Positions 45,087 to 57,871 of a stretch of 64,000 bases of DNA are shown here, one piece after another. The stretch is taken from NCBI GenBank assembly GCA_951406725.2, contig OX597819.1:7254001-7318000 (forward strand). The letters are read 5' to 3'. The first letter of the stretch is position 1; each line of letters opens with the position of its first letter. The translations under genes were made by a program, and so were the position numbers. Origin of the DNA: Octopus vulgaris. Its lineage: Eukaryota. Below the pieces are notes generated by a model. It did not search any database and was not told the origin of the DNA. It saw only the letters and a program-made list of their open reading frames with translations.

Positions 45087-45434
45087 ATAAGTACCACTTG
45101 AGCACTGGGGTTGATGTAATCAACTGGACACCTTCCCAAAGTGTTAGGCCTTGTGCCTATTATAAAAAGGATTTATTCTAAAAAATTTGCTCTGGAATTA
45201 TTTAAGTTGTTTGATATTTCCTCAACATATGACCCAGCCATTTCATCTCATTTTCATTCACAATTTCCATTTCTAATTGTATTTCCATCATTCTCTGCAG
45301 TTCACTCACTCTCCCTCTCTCCAGTATTCCACTCGGTCACTGAACCATTCTTTCCATTCTGCCACTGAGCCATTCTCATTTCTGTTTTTTTTTTTCCCCA
45401 GCATTCTTTGCTGATTCACTTCTATTACCCATAT

Positions 45435-45838
45435 CTCTTTACTCTTTTACTTGTTTCAGTAATTTGACTGCGGCCATGCTGGAGCACCGCCTTTAGTCGA
45501 GCAAATCGACCCCGGGACTTATTCTTTGTAAGCCCAGTACTTATTCTATTGGTCTCTTTTGCCGAACCGCTAAGTGACGGGGACATAAACACACCAGCAT
45601 CGGTTGTCAAGCAATGCTAGGGGGACAAGACACACAAACACATACACACACACATATATATATACATATATACAACAGGCTTCTTTCAGTTTCCGTCTAC
45701 CAAATCCACTCACAAGGCATTGGTCGGCCCAGGGCTATAGCAGAAGACACTTGCTCAAGATGCCACGCAGTGGGACTGAACCCGGAACCATGTGGTTGGT
45801 TAGCAAGCTACTTACCACACAGCCACTCCTGCGCCTAT
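45435..45838 (-). mobile_element. SINE family B
   Basis: Full-length copy in the intron. Confidence 0.9.
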
Positions 45839-46102
45839 ATTGCATTCCCATAAATCACAGTGCTTCTTAAACATGCAACATGCACCTTTTCCTGTAGTTT
45901 CAACAGTACTACTCACTAACATGCTCCTTATCATTTCTCGCAATTTCTTTCATCTGCATCCTGCTTTAGCCACTGTTGAGTAGATCCACCTTCTTCATTC
46001 TTTGTCTCTTAAAATGTTTTCACACCTGTCTTCATACTGTTTCCAAGATCTAGTCTGTCATTTCTTCCAGCTTCTCCTAGATTTAGCTACTACTACTACT
46101 TC

Positions 46103-46590
46103 TTCTTCGTTTAATGTCCGCTTTCCATGCTAGCATGGGTTGGACGGTTCATCTGGGGTCTGGGAAGCCCGAAGGCTGCACCAGGCCAGTTAGATCTGGC
46201 AGTGTTTCTACAGCTGGATGCCCTTCCTAACGCCAACCACTCCGTGAGTGTAGTGGGTGCTTTTTATGTGCCACTGGTACCACAAAAATACAAATTCCAT
46301 TGATGTTCATCGATTGGTTTGATTTTCACTTGCCTCAACAGGTCTTCACAAGTGTCCCAAGAAGGAAGGTATGCACAGGTGGACTGACTAGGTCCCAGTT
46401 AGGGGCCATGGGTTATGGCCTCACGTGTCCTGCCGGGTATTCTCGCGCACAGCATACTTCCAAAGGTCTCGGTCTCTGGTCATTTCCTCTGTGAGACCTA
46501 AAGCGCGAAGGTTGTTCTTCACCACCTCGTCCCAGGTTTTCCTGGGTCTACCTCTTCCACAGGTTCCCCTCAACCACTAGGGTGTGGCAC
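46103..46590 (-). mobile_element. RTE LINE 3' end
   Basis: CGRGRPRKTWDEVV-like coding tail plus shared 3' UTR. Confidence 0.8.
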
Positions 46591-47070
46591 TGCTACATTT
46601 TCAGTGGATATTTCCAGTGTACTTAAAGTTTGTATACTCCTTTCACTAAAAGTAGGTGAGTGATCCTTACATGATCATTAACCTTTTTCCATTTTACTAA
46701 ATACTTAATTTGCCATCACCTTCGTCTTTCCAATATTCATTTTGTCTCTTATAAATCCAAGAAACAGCTTCTTCCTCTTGTTTCAGTAATTATTACTGGG
46801 CGGGAGCACTAAGTAGTGATGCTTATAAATACAAGATAATTACCAGTTCAAATATGCTTTGGGCATATTCGAACTAGTAAGAAAGCCATTCATTGTATTT
46901 TGTCATGGAGATAGATAGGTGTTAATACACCATTTATGTAAATCTAGGTGTTTTTAGGGTGTATTTATTTACACCATTAGTCTATGGTGAGATCCATATT
47001 TTTAGCTACCTGTCCTTTTTAAGCCATTCTGAGAAGGGCTCTGGCATGACTGTTATGTCACCAAAACAAT

Positions 47071-47298
47071 GCATATTTCTTTATTACTCACAAGGGGCTA
47101 AACACAGAGGAGACAAACAAGGACAGACAAAGGGATTAAGTCGATTGCATTGACCCCAGCGCGTAACTGGTACTCATTTAATCGACCCCGAAAGGATGAA
47201 AGGCAAAGTCGACCTCGGCGGAATTTGAACTCAGAACGTAACGGCAGACGAAATATGGCTACGCATTTCGCCCAGCGTGCTAACGTTTCTGCCTATTC
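47071..47298 (-). mobile_element. SINE family D with 14-bp TSD
   Basis: GTCACCAAAACAAT at 47057-47070 and 47299-47312. Confidence 0.88.
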
Positions 47299-47312
47299 GT
47301 CACCAAAACAAT

Positions 47313-47700
47313 ACAGGCTCTTTCTGAGCTAAAGCTGTTGAAGGGACTCGATCTGGCAGTGGAGTTGCACACAAAATCCTAAGTGTCAGTGTAGTGAATT
47401 CAGTGGAATTTATCAATTTGAACGCATTTGTGCCTTATTGGTCACTGCACAGTTGTACTGCGGAATGGTGAACACTTGTTAAATGTGAATTATTATGGTT
47501 ACGTGTATCTCCAAACCAGACCAGCTTTCAAAAGGATTGAATGTACTTTGTGCATGATTGGTGCTGACATCTCCTCTCTATCAATGAAGGTAGCATCAAA
47601 ATACTTGAATTAATCAACCTCTTTCTGAATCTCACCATTGACTATAATGTGGACTATTTCAGAGAGCTAAATACCAATGGATAGAATCTTCAAGTAAGAG
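47313..47700 (-). mobile_element. Old LINE RT remnant (RTE-like)
   Basis: Minus strand reads VNGEIQKEVD*FKYFDAT, resembling the 'EEVDSFKYLG' motif. Confidence 0.5.
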
Positions 47701-48133
47701 GGCAGAATGTTCTTTGTCTACAAGTGTACTACTGGTGTCTCATATATGCAAGTGCTGGCATGACAAAGAGCTGTACTGTTTGTGGTAGTGGAAACAGGGA
47801 TGACTAAAATGTTTGTTCCAGTTGTTTCCAGTCTTGAAGAGATTCCTGATGCCCATATTTTCTGCAAAAAAGGCCTGAATTTCATCCAGGTGTTTAAAAG
47901 ACCATAGCCACCTTTTTTCTTTGTGTTATGTGTAAAGATTTGTTTCAGTAGTTGTTTGGAATATACCAACACAAAAATTAAATGCCAAAATTGGTTTTTG
48001 AATCATTGAGATGATTGATTGGGTTGAGTTTCTTTTGAAAATTTCAACCTGGGAAATATTTAGAAGTTTTTGTTCCATTGTGTTTCTGGAATGAATTTAT
48101 TCTTGCTTTCAGTATTGATGTTTGAATTGCTGT

Positions 48134-49075
48134 TATCATGGGTTGGATGGTTCGACTAGGGTCTGGGAAGCCAGGAGGCTGCACCAGGCTCCAGTCTGAT
48201 CTTGCAGTGTTTCTACTGCTCGTGCCCTTCCTAATGCCAACCACTCCGTAGGTGTAGTGAGTGCTTTGTATGTGCCACCGGCACAGGGGCCAGAGGAAAC
48301 TGGCAACGGCCATGATCGGTTGGTGCTTTTTACGTACTACTCGTACAGAAGCCAGTCATGGTTGGTGCTGGCATCGGCCATGTTCGGATGGTGTTTTTAT
48401 ATGCCACCGGCATCACCACTACAATTTCCATTTGATTTTCATTTTGATGTTGATGTACTTGACTCAATAGGTCTCCTCAAGCACAGCAGGTCACTCTACG
48501 ATCCAAGGTACTTTTGAGTGGGATGGGGCTGGTTATGCAAAACTGGCGTAGGATACAGCCGCGAACTCACTTTATTTGCTGGATCTTTGCAGTCACAGCA
48601 GAGGTCTTGGTCTTTTATCATTGCCTCTGTGAGGCCCGACGTTCGAAGGTCATGCTTCACCACCTCATCCTATGTCTTCCTGGGTCAACCTCTACCTCGG
48701 TTTCCTTCAACTGTTTAGAAGTGGCACTTCTTCACACAGCTCTCCTCATCCTTCCATAGTACATGACCATACCAGGGCAGACGTCTCTCTTGTACGCCAC
48801 ATCCGATGCTTCTTATGTCCAACATTTCTCTCAGGGCGCTTACCCTCTGTCGTGTGCGCACACTGACATTACACATCCAGCGGATCATGCTAGCTTCATT
48901 TCTTTCAAGCCTACGCATGTCCTCAGCAGTCACAGCCCATGTTTCACTGCCGTGAAGCATGGCAGTTCGCACACATGCATCATACAATCTACATTTCACT
49001 CTGAGTGAGAGACCCTTTGTCACCAGTAGGGGTAGAAGCTTTCTAAACTTTGCCCAGGCTATTCTTATTTTAGTG
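48134..49075 (-). mobile_element. 5'-truncated RTE-clade LINE (RT C-terminus plus 3' UTR)
   Basis: ORF 48715-49023 reads LRVKCRLYDACVRTAMLHGSETW...ERRLPWYGHV, the RTE post-RT region; followed by the 3' UTR shared with the many (GAT)n-tailed fragments. Confidence 0.9.
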
Positions 49076-50100
49076 GTAAGAAATTGTAATATTTGATTTC
49101 TTTGTTTTTCTTATTGCATTTTTTATTTGCTGCCACTTCTTTCAAAAATTCATTTATTTCAAGGATAAAAAGTTAAAACGTGGAAAATTTTTTTTTTTTT
49201 TAATTTGGCGAACACAAAATTTCCCATAAAAATATCAGCTACTGTACAGCAACTGTTTATCTAGCTAAGTCTTATGCTTTCGCTAACATGAATATTATTG
49301 TTTAAATATGAAGAGGTAAATATGGATGAATTGGACTGTGAAAAGTTTTGGGCAGTGTTGGGTGGGTTGGTTATGAAACCAACTTGAACATTTAATCTCT
49401 AGCAATAATCATATCAGGACGGTAAGAGAATTTCCAGCCATGCAAACAGTCTATTGCTGTTAGCTATTTCTGTACCACTTACAGAAGCTTTAATTAGTCG
49501 TTAGGTAATCAATAATTATAAATTTTAACAATGTCATTTTCTTTTAAATGAATCATAAAAAAAAAAGTGTTTAACAAGATTATATCTCCACATGAAAGCA
49601 AAATAATTGAACAGATATATGTAAAATTAAAAGGGAAGGAGGTTGGTTCAATCTGGATGAGTTACATATGGAGAAACTGTCAGAAATGAAAATGCTGCAT
49701 TATGAAACCATGTTTTGTCTTTTACCAGTGAAATGCAGAACAACTTTTCCTGTTCTGCTTATTTTCTATGTTGGCTAAATTCAGACCACTGTCAACATAT
49801 CAAATCCAGTTCTAGTTATCGGAATCGAATATGCCAGTTAAGTAATATCTGTTGCTGTTTGCAAGCATTGATCTTCCTGCTGCATGTTAGCTTCAATGTT
49901 ACAAACTGATTCAAGTAGATTGCTACTTTAATCAGATCACATTCTATTTATTTTAATAATTTTTAATGTATTTCAAAAGTATGAAGTCATAAGTCCTATC
50001 TAGTCTTTAGTAGCAGAAAAATTAGACCACTTGTTACTCTTAATTGGCTGTTAATGAATGTGAACTGCCATTTTCTAATTTGCAAGATAAACCAATTGAA

Positions 50101-50670
50101 TAAAAAAGCACCATCCGAACGTAGCCGTTGCCAGCGCTGCCTCGACTGGCTTCTGTGCTGGTGGCACATAAAAAGCACCATCCGAACGTGGCCGATGCCA
50201 GCCCTGCATCGACTGGCTTCTGTGCTGGTGGCACATAAAAAGCACCATCCGAACGTGGCTGATGCCAGCCCTGCATCGACTGGCTTCTGTGCTGGTGGCA
50301 CATAAAAAGCACCATCCGAACGTGGCCGATGCCAGCGCCGCCTTGACTGGCTTCTGTGCTGGTGGCACATAAAAAGCACCATCCGAACGTGGCCGATGCC
50401 AGCGTCACCTTGGCTGGCTTCCGTGCCGGAGGCACGTTAAAAGCACCAACCAATCGTGGCCGATGCCAGACCCCCCCTGGCACCTGTGCAGGTGGCACGT
50501 AAAAAGCACCCACTACACTCACGGAGTGGTTGGCGTTAGGAAGGGCATCCAGCTGTAGAAATACTGCCAGATCAGACTGGAGCCTGGTGCAGCCCCTGGC
50601 TTCCCAGACCCCGGTCGAACCGTCCAACCCATGCTAGCGCGGAAAACGGACGTTAAATGATGATGATGAC
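50101..50670 (+). mobile_element. RTE 3' UTR fragment with ~6 x 67-bp minisatellite
   Basis: GTGGCACATAAAAAGCACC at 50161, 50228, 50295, 50362, (50429), 50492; (GAT)n tail. Confidence 0.88.
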
Positions 50671-51060
50671 CTGTTTTATCAATATAGTGTATTTCAACAT
50701 TTTAACTGTTGGCTTAGTTGATATAATTGGTATTGTATGCAGAATTTGTGCATTACTGGCAGCAGAAAGCATCTCTTCATCATCATCATCATCATCATTT
50801 ATATTCTGCTGTTGTGTAGGTCTGGTCAATTGTTTTTGTCTAATGTTATCTCATTTCCTCAATATTCTTTATTAACCCTAATTTTGTTTAGTTAATCTAA
50901 ATTACTTCACAGGAAGTGCTCTTGGATTTATTTCTCTTCTGGTTATATATAATCTGTACTAATCACTCAATACTATTATCGTTTTCTTTTGCAGTCACTT
51001 TATATTGTTCATTGCCAGTAATCTTTTTAACTCTGTATATAATATTACAATTGCCGCATA

Positions 51061-51305
51061 GGAGGTGTTTGTAAGCCATTTAAGAAACACACAAATGCTC
51101 AGATGCAGCACGGATTTTTGTCAGTGAACAGCTCGCGGATTTTAGCGACGAAAATATTTTGACAAATTAAACTTAAATGTTGAAGTGAATCGAACGGCTT
51201 TTGTGTGTTTCTTAAATGGCTTACAAACACCTTCCACGCTGCAATTGTTTTCGTTCCAGCATACGATCTCAGATCAAATCACTTGCTATGCGAGTACATC
51301 TCCGT
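51061..51305. mobile_element. One-end-truncated MITE (Tc1/mariner-like)
   Basis: Inverted arms 51061-51095 and 51200-51235; right arm continues to TACATCTCCGTA. Confidence 0.6.
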
Positions 51306-51628
51306 AAATATATAATATTAGTTAACGTGAAATTAAACATTAGGATTCAAGTTAGGAAATTGAATGTTTTCTAATTGCCATATATATCAGTGATACTGTA
51401 TTTTATATTAAACTAATGTTTAATTTATTTAATTTTCCTGTGAAGAAATCCTTTAGTAACCCCCCCCTCCTTTTAGAAATATCCTTCGTGGAGAGTGGAT
51501 GTGTTTAATTTTAATCTTCTAGAGTTTAGCATAGACATGTTGATTTGTGTTATTTATTTTGCATGACTCCTCCTACTCTAATGAACTTTGTTTAGGAGTG
51601 TAGCTTCTGACTAACAACTTTACTGTAG

Positions 51629-51857
51629 TTAACCTTTTAGCATTCAGATTACTCTGTCAAATGTAATGTTTATTTAATCGCATTGTTTTGAATTAATCAT
51701 GCATTATCTTGTACCTTTGAGATTTTAATATGATGTGAAAGTTTATTTTTAGAACAATATTGTAGAGTAGGTATGAGAGGTCCAATGTGGCTGGTTTGAA
51801 GATGAAACAGATAAAATATTTGGGCCAGATATGTCAGTTTAAATGCTAAAGGATTAA
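51629..51857. mobile_element. Second TTAA-flanked MITE family (another copy at ~54383-54593)
   Basis: TTAACCTTTTAGCATT...AATGCTAAAGGATTAA; two similar copies. Confidence 0.72.
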
Positions 51858-52560
51858 ACAAACATGACTGTGTGGTTAAGAAGCTTGCTTTGCAACTACA
51901 TGGTTCTATTATAGTCCTGGGTTGACCAGTGACCAACAAGCAGAAACTGTGCAGAAGCTCATTGTGTGTATGTATGCATTTGTCTCTCACCACTTGATGA
52001 CAACTGGTGTTTGTTTATGTTCAGCAAAAAGAGATCATTGGAATATGTACTAGACTTCAAAGTAAGTTCTGAGGTCGATTTGCTTGGCTAAACCCTTCTA
52101 GGGGGTGCCCCAGCTTGGAAAAATGACCCAGCAACGAATCATTGAAACACTAAGCACAAATCCTTAGTCACATTAGTATTTGTCACTTTCTGAAATAAAT
52201 CCTATAGCTCATGAACTCTTAAATTTACATTCTCAATCTTGTATTTGTGCATGCATATATATTCATATATATCTCCTTTACCTTTAGAATATACACCTGT
52301 GTGTTTTTATTTATTTTTATGATTCAATTATGCAGTATTTATAATAAATTTAGAATATAGCTGGTAGTGCTGCTAATGTCGTAACTTTTTTTTTTTCTTG
52401 GTTTAGTTAGGAAGCAGCAGTGTTCAAGATTTTCACAGGTGTTGATGTTGAAATCGGATATTTGTTGTCTGCAGAAGGAGAAAAATGTGAGAATAATTGG
52501 GTGAAGTGGTTTGTGTGGCCCTATGTGTATGGTTGCTGCTCGTGAATGATTCAGAGATAC

Positions 52561-52768
52561 CTATTTCTTTACTACCCACAAGGGGCTAAACACAGAGGGG
52601 ACAAACGGATTAAGTCAATTATATCGACCCCAGTGCGCAACTAGTACTTATTTAATCGACCCCGAAAGGATGAAAGGCAAAGTAGACCTCGGCGGAATTT
52701 GAACTCAGAAAGTAACTGCAGACGAAATACGGCTACGCATTTCACCCGGTGTGCTAACGTTTCTGCCA
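52561..52768 (-). mobile_element. SINE family D
   Basis: Family match; short AGATACC duplication at the flanks. Confidence 0.85.
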
Positions 52769-52899
52769 AAGATACCGTCATTCATGTGTGGAGAAGTCTT
52801 GTTAAATTTGATCTTAATTTTTGTCATTAAAAAAATTTTTTAAGGAAGTAAATGAGTTATGCATTACAACACAGGTGGTTGTGTGCTGAGTAAGTTATT

Positions 52900-54150
52900 A
52901 CCAGCTACCAAGATGGCTTTCTTTTAGATGCAATTTAGGATTTTTGTGTGCAGGGAACAGTTTTCCATGATAGTTCTTACTTGAGTTATACAGAAGCTGA
53001 ATATTCTCTGCTACAGAAGAGGAAGGTTAGTCTTATGGAATGCAATGTTCGCTATCTTATGAATGTAAGATTGTCAGGAAAGGCCTATAAAGATAATGAA
53101 ATCAAACACTTCTAGAGACTGAAAATTTTAATTCTTGTATTGTCCAAGATTGTGCAGTGATTGTGTCTTTGTGCTTTTTGAAAGATAAGATTGCCATATC
53201 TCCATTGGAGTGTTTTCAAAATCTCAGAGGCAGTGCTAGTTTAACAAGAGATATTTAGATTGCATGCGGATGATGTCTTTGTGTAGAATGTCTGGTGGGG
53301 TGGGCATTGTTTGAAGTGACAACAGTTTATGGGAAGAAAGAGTGGGGTACATAACTGAACCTTGGATCACACCAAATTTGATTGTGTTCTCTAGTCGAGA
53401 ACAGTGTCGGTCGGGGAGTTTGACTGGGGCTGTACGTCTGTCAAACGGTAACGCAGGTGTCCCAAGGCGAGCTCAGCGTGGACGGAAACCACACGTCGAG
53501 CAAAAGGGCAAAAGCTCGCTCGATCTCGATTTTCAGTACGAAGGCGTGGCCCATCGATCCCGAAAGAAAACTCTAGCAGTGCATGTTAAGGAAGCTTGCA
53601 ATGAAAAAGAGGAAATGACTGAAGCCTATAGGCAGGTTTCTTGGATTCTCATACCAGATGTGATCAAATACAATACTGATGTCAAATGCAATAGCATTAT
53701 GTTCACTTCTCAAGGGTGAATAACACAGTAAGCAGGTGTTTAGCGAATGGATTGCTGTACTGATGGTCCAACAGGCAACAAGATTGAAGGTGGTTGTTAA
53801 GTGTCTATTTCCATCTCTTGAGATGTCAGTAGTGAAAGCAATAAGTTATTCATTGGCCAAATTAGAAAAATTGCTCTTAGACATGTTTTCAAAGGATGGG
53901 AAAGATATCAGTAGAGAGATGTATGAAAAGGCAAGGATTAGGGATAGCTCTAGTGTGCAGTGTTTTAGGGTATTTGAAGGGATGTTGTTAAGATTAGCAG
54001 CTTTGCTGGTTTGAAGTGAGAAGAGGGGTTTTCTTGCTTGGCATGTATGTGTACATAATGGGGAGACTAGTGGGAAAGATAAGTTTGTGAATAGTTTCAT
54101 CCAGTGTGTATTATAGTGTTTCAAGAGAAGTGTTCAGTAAATGTTGAAAC
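52900..54150 (-). mobile_element. Decayed CR1/L2/Jockey-group LINE reverse transcriptase
   Basis: Minus-strand motifs in the correct order: SKAANLNNIPSNTLKHCTLEL (KAPGPDGIP..LK), AIAFDISIVFDHIW (ALDISKAFDRVW), FGVIQGSVMYPTL (GVPQGSVLSPTL), FYTKD (YADD region); stops and frameshifts. Confidence 0.75.
53400..53560 (+). pseudogene. 28S (LSU) rRNA fragment
   Basis: GGGGAGTTTGACTGGGGC...GTCAAACGGTAACGCAGGTGTCC.AAGGCGAGCTCAG...AAGGGCAAAAGCTCGC.CGATCT.GATTTTCAGTACGAA is the conserved eukaryotic LSU domain V segment; isolated ~160 bp with a short internal deletion. Confidence 0.93.
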
Positions 54151-55911
54151 TCTCCATTAGATGCATTTGCTTGAGCAATAATAGGTGGGAGGTTTCTGCA
54201 AAGTTAGTACACACTCTTTTGGCAAGTGACTAAAGGAATGGCTGCAATTTAAGTGGGAGACTTGCTGGCTGTATGATGCACAAAAGGCATCTTTTCACTT
54301 GATGAACCGTATTTAATACTCAAATATTTTAACATGCATTGCAACTGGTCAAAGATTGCTGACATAAAAATTTGCAGTTTGTTTAATCCTTTAGCATTCA
54401 GATTACTGTCATATGTAATGCTTATTCTTTCATATTATTTTGAATTAATCATGCATTATCTTGTAGTTTCGAAATATTGATGATGTGATTGTTTATTTTC
54501 AGAATGACACTGTAGGGTAGGTGTGATAGGCTGGATCTGGCTGGTTTCAACATAAAGCATAATATTTGGCCGGTTTAAATGCTAAAAGGTTAAACTACTG
54601 AAAACCATCGTTGATACAGTTTTAAATAGCAAAGTAAACCATTGACCATACATGAAATTGTTTAATAACTTTGTTTTTTATATTGAATTCTTCCATATTT
54701 ATCTTACACTATTAATAGCAAAGGGTTCAAGGTCAGTGAAAGAAGACGAAAAAAGTCTAGTAAAAGCTATTTGGGGTCATGTTTTATTGATCATGAAAAT
54801 CTTTTATTGGAAAATCATAAAAGAGTTGGGAATATATTAAAAGATATAGTGGAATGCCTGCCTGGTTCTTTGGGAATGATAATTTTTGGTACAAATCTAG
54901 CAATTTTAGCATGCAACAATTAAGATTTATAGATTTTCAGGGTCTCTAGCAAATAGTAATTCTAGATCACAGTTAGTTTCCTACAATTGCACTTAGACTG
55001 AAGTATATCACTTATTAGTGGAATAAGAGTCTAGTATGTGAAAGTCATTTATGATAATGCAACTTTTTGAATGTTACATAATTGGTGTGAGAACTAATTG
55101 CTGCAGTGGTTGATTTGAAGTCCAGCTTTCTTATGCAGTTTTAATATTTTCCTTTTTAAAATGAATCTTACTTATATCGTAACACTGTTTGACACAATTT
55201 TTGTCCTTGTGGAGCAACTGTTTTTTCCCCGTTTGCTTACCCCTAGAAAGTATGAAAAATTACTATTTACTTCAAACTTTACTAGTGTTACATTTATTCC
55301 AACTCCAAAGAATCCCTCTACTCTTGCTCATTGTTAACCACTAATGGACATGCTCAAGTAGTTATAGACAAGCAAATTTGTGGTATTGAGCAGAATATTT
55401 GCTATAACAGTATTTCTGCTTTAGTAACTCAATACTGAATCTGTCTGAAATGTAATGGAAAATGTCAGTTTCAAAATAGATGGTAAAAGCAAAGTTTGAA
55501 GGGAATGGTAGTCATTTCCTTTCATTTCTACATAGAAGCAAATAGGAAATAGCACTTATTGACCAAAGTCAAAAATATGAATAGAAAGAACTTTGTTACG
55601 CAGTGTAATCTATCTTTTCTAATGAGTAGAACAGAATTACTAGAGATAATTCTGAGCAGTTGCCAGCTCTGAGCTCACTTTTCTGGTTGTCTCTGAGTAT
55701 TTATTTAGCTGTCCTGAAGTATCCATATGGTGGCAAAAGATATTCAATTAAAAAAAATTTCAGTGGTAGACATTGGCTACACAATAAATAAAGCTCTTAA
55801 TTGGTGGATAAGTTGCTAATTTAATGTTAAATCTCACTCTTACCAAGAATAAATCATAAGGGCTTCAATTTATATGGAGGGTTACTAATATTTTTATCAT
55901 AAAAAGACACT

Positions 55912-56317
55912 TACTCTCTTTTACTCTTTACTCTTTTACTTGTTTCAGTCATTTGACTGCGGCCATGCTGGAGCACCACCTTTAATCGAGCAAATCGACC
56001 CCGGGACTTATTCTTTGTAAGCCCAGTACTTATTCTATCGGTCTCTTTTGCCGAACCACTAAGTGACGGGGACGTAAACACACCAGCATCGGTTGTCAAG
56101 CAATGCTAGAGAGATAAACATATACACACTCATACATATATATATATATATACATATATATGACGGGTTTCTTTCAGTTTCCGTCTACCAAATCCACTCA
56201 CAAGGCATTGGTCGGCCCGAGGCTATAGCAGAAGACACTTGCCCAAGATGCCACGCAGTGGGACTGAACCCGCAACCATGTGGTTGGTTAGCAAGCTTCT
56301 TACCACACAGCCACTCA
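55912..56317 (-). mobile_element. SINE family B
   Basis: Near full-length copy. Confidence 0.9.
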
Positions 56318-56569
56318 TTTTTAGTGAAGTTGTCATCATCTTCATTTTAAGTCCATTTCCATTCTGGCATGGGTTGAATGGTCTGAGTTGGTTCTTATTC
56401 TGAGTTACTGCCAGGTTGGCAGATCAAGTCTGTCTTAAGTCATCTCTGTTGACATGATCTCGACAGCTGAGTGACCTCCTTAACACCAACCACTTTACAG
56501 AGTGTGTTCATCTTCTCATGGCACCAGCACTTGTCAGGTTGTCGCACTCTCAACAAAATTTGCCTTCTT

Positions 56570-56760
56570 GACCCTACATTGTTTCTATTTGATTTGTCAA
56601 CTGCATTACAATGTGAACAAAATGATTTTTTTTGGTGGCAGGAAAGAAGGGAATTGTTACAATCACCACGGTCACTTTTGTTTTTGTAAAGCGTAATGCT
56701 GTTAGCATCCCGCATATCCTGAGGGACTGTACCTTCCTCCCAGCACTGACACAGAAGTAT
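56570..56760 (-). mobile_element. RTE/BovB-like RT fragment
   Basis: MRDANSITLYKNKSDRGDCNN resembles the RTE motif MRDAxIITLYKNKGDRSDCNNYRGISLL. Confidence 0.75.
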
Positions 56761-56961
56761 CTTTTTATCTGTTTTGGTAAAGGGTTATTTGGTCTAATTT
56801 ATGCTAATGATAATTACTTTGCGCTTTGTAGGAATGAAACCAAATGCTTTTAGTACATATTTAATCTGAAGCAGTTATTTTTGCTATATCATCACCCTAA
56901 TGTATGTTATTAGTATATTTGCTCTTATTTTATTTGAAATATGCATTTTTATATTTGTAAA

Positions 56962-57339
56962 TCTTTATATATAAAAGTGAGGTTGTGTGCTGTTTATCTC
57001 CTACGATTTAGATTCCTAACTACTCCCACATTTTGCGGTGCAGTTTAACCAAAACCAGGTATCTTATAGTCGTGATTCATATCGAGCCCTTCTGGGTATT
57101 AGCGCGCATCTACGATGAGTCTACGATTTAAAAAAAAATTTACCATAATTTTTTTCCCATTTTAATGCATTTTTTCGCTATTATATAAGGAAGTAACTCT
57201 CTAAAAATGTCTACGATGAGTCAATGATTTAAAAAAAATTTACCATAATTTTTTTGCTATTTTTTGGCTATAACTCTCTAAAAATGCTTATATAGTTATT
57301 TCCCTTACAAACCTGAGCAACGCCGGGCGATACTGTTAG
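56962..57339 (+). mobile_element. Non-autonomous Helitron (structural variant)
   Basis: Same termini (3' TTAG); internal segment replaced by a duplicated TCTACGATGAGTC...TTTACCATAATTTTT block; ends 110 bp before UBE2N exon 2. Confidence 0.85.
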
Positions 57340-57449
57340 TTATTGTATAAATTTAATAATTTCAGTGTAAGTGTAATATTTTGTATTTTCACATCTTTTC
57401 CATTCACAGATACTCAAAGTAGCTTTAAAATGTTTTTCTATTTATTTAG

Positions 57450-57551
57450 GAGACTCAGCGGCTCATGGCCGAGCCTGTACCTGGAATAAGTGCCACACCT
57501 GATCAGTCAAATGCTCGATATTTCCATGTGGTAGTTGCAGGGCCATCAGAG
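57450..57551 (+). CDS. UBE2N: UBE2N/Ubc13 coding exon 2 ([34 protein letters not shown])
   Basis: Acceptor TTTCTATTTATTTAG, 102-nt open exon, donor GTGAGT at 57552. Continues exon 1 in frame and aligns to Ubc13 residues 11-44 (human [34 protein letters not shown]). The next exon (SPFEGG...) was not found in the window. Confidence 0.96.
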
Positions 57552-57622
57552 GTGAGTCATTCTATATTCAGGTTAAAAACTAATGTTCTGTGATGGGATT
57601 GAGAATACGCAACATTATTTTA

Positions 57623-57823
57623 TTACTCTTTTAAGTCATTTGACTGCGGCCATGCTGGAGCACCGCCTTTTTAATCGAGCAACTCGACCCTGGGACTTAT
57701 TCTTTTGTACTTATTCTATTGGTCTCTTTTGCCGAACCGCTAAGTAACGGGGACATAAACACACCAGCATCGGTTGTCAGCAATGCTAGGGGGACAAACA
57801 CACACACACAAACATATACACAC

Positions 57824-57871
<48 letters not shown>

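Noticed and set aside
50101-50510. CRISPR-like 67-bp periodicity
   Set aside because: The inter-motif segments are near-identical and belong to an RTE 3' UTR minisatellite.
53342-53719. 125-aa ORF or functional rDNA locus
   Set aside because: The ORF reads through a 160-bp 28S fragment and antisense LINE sequence; no other rDNA parts are present.
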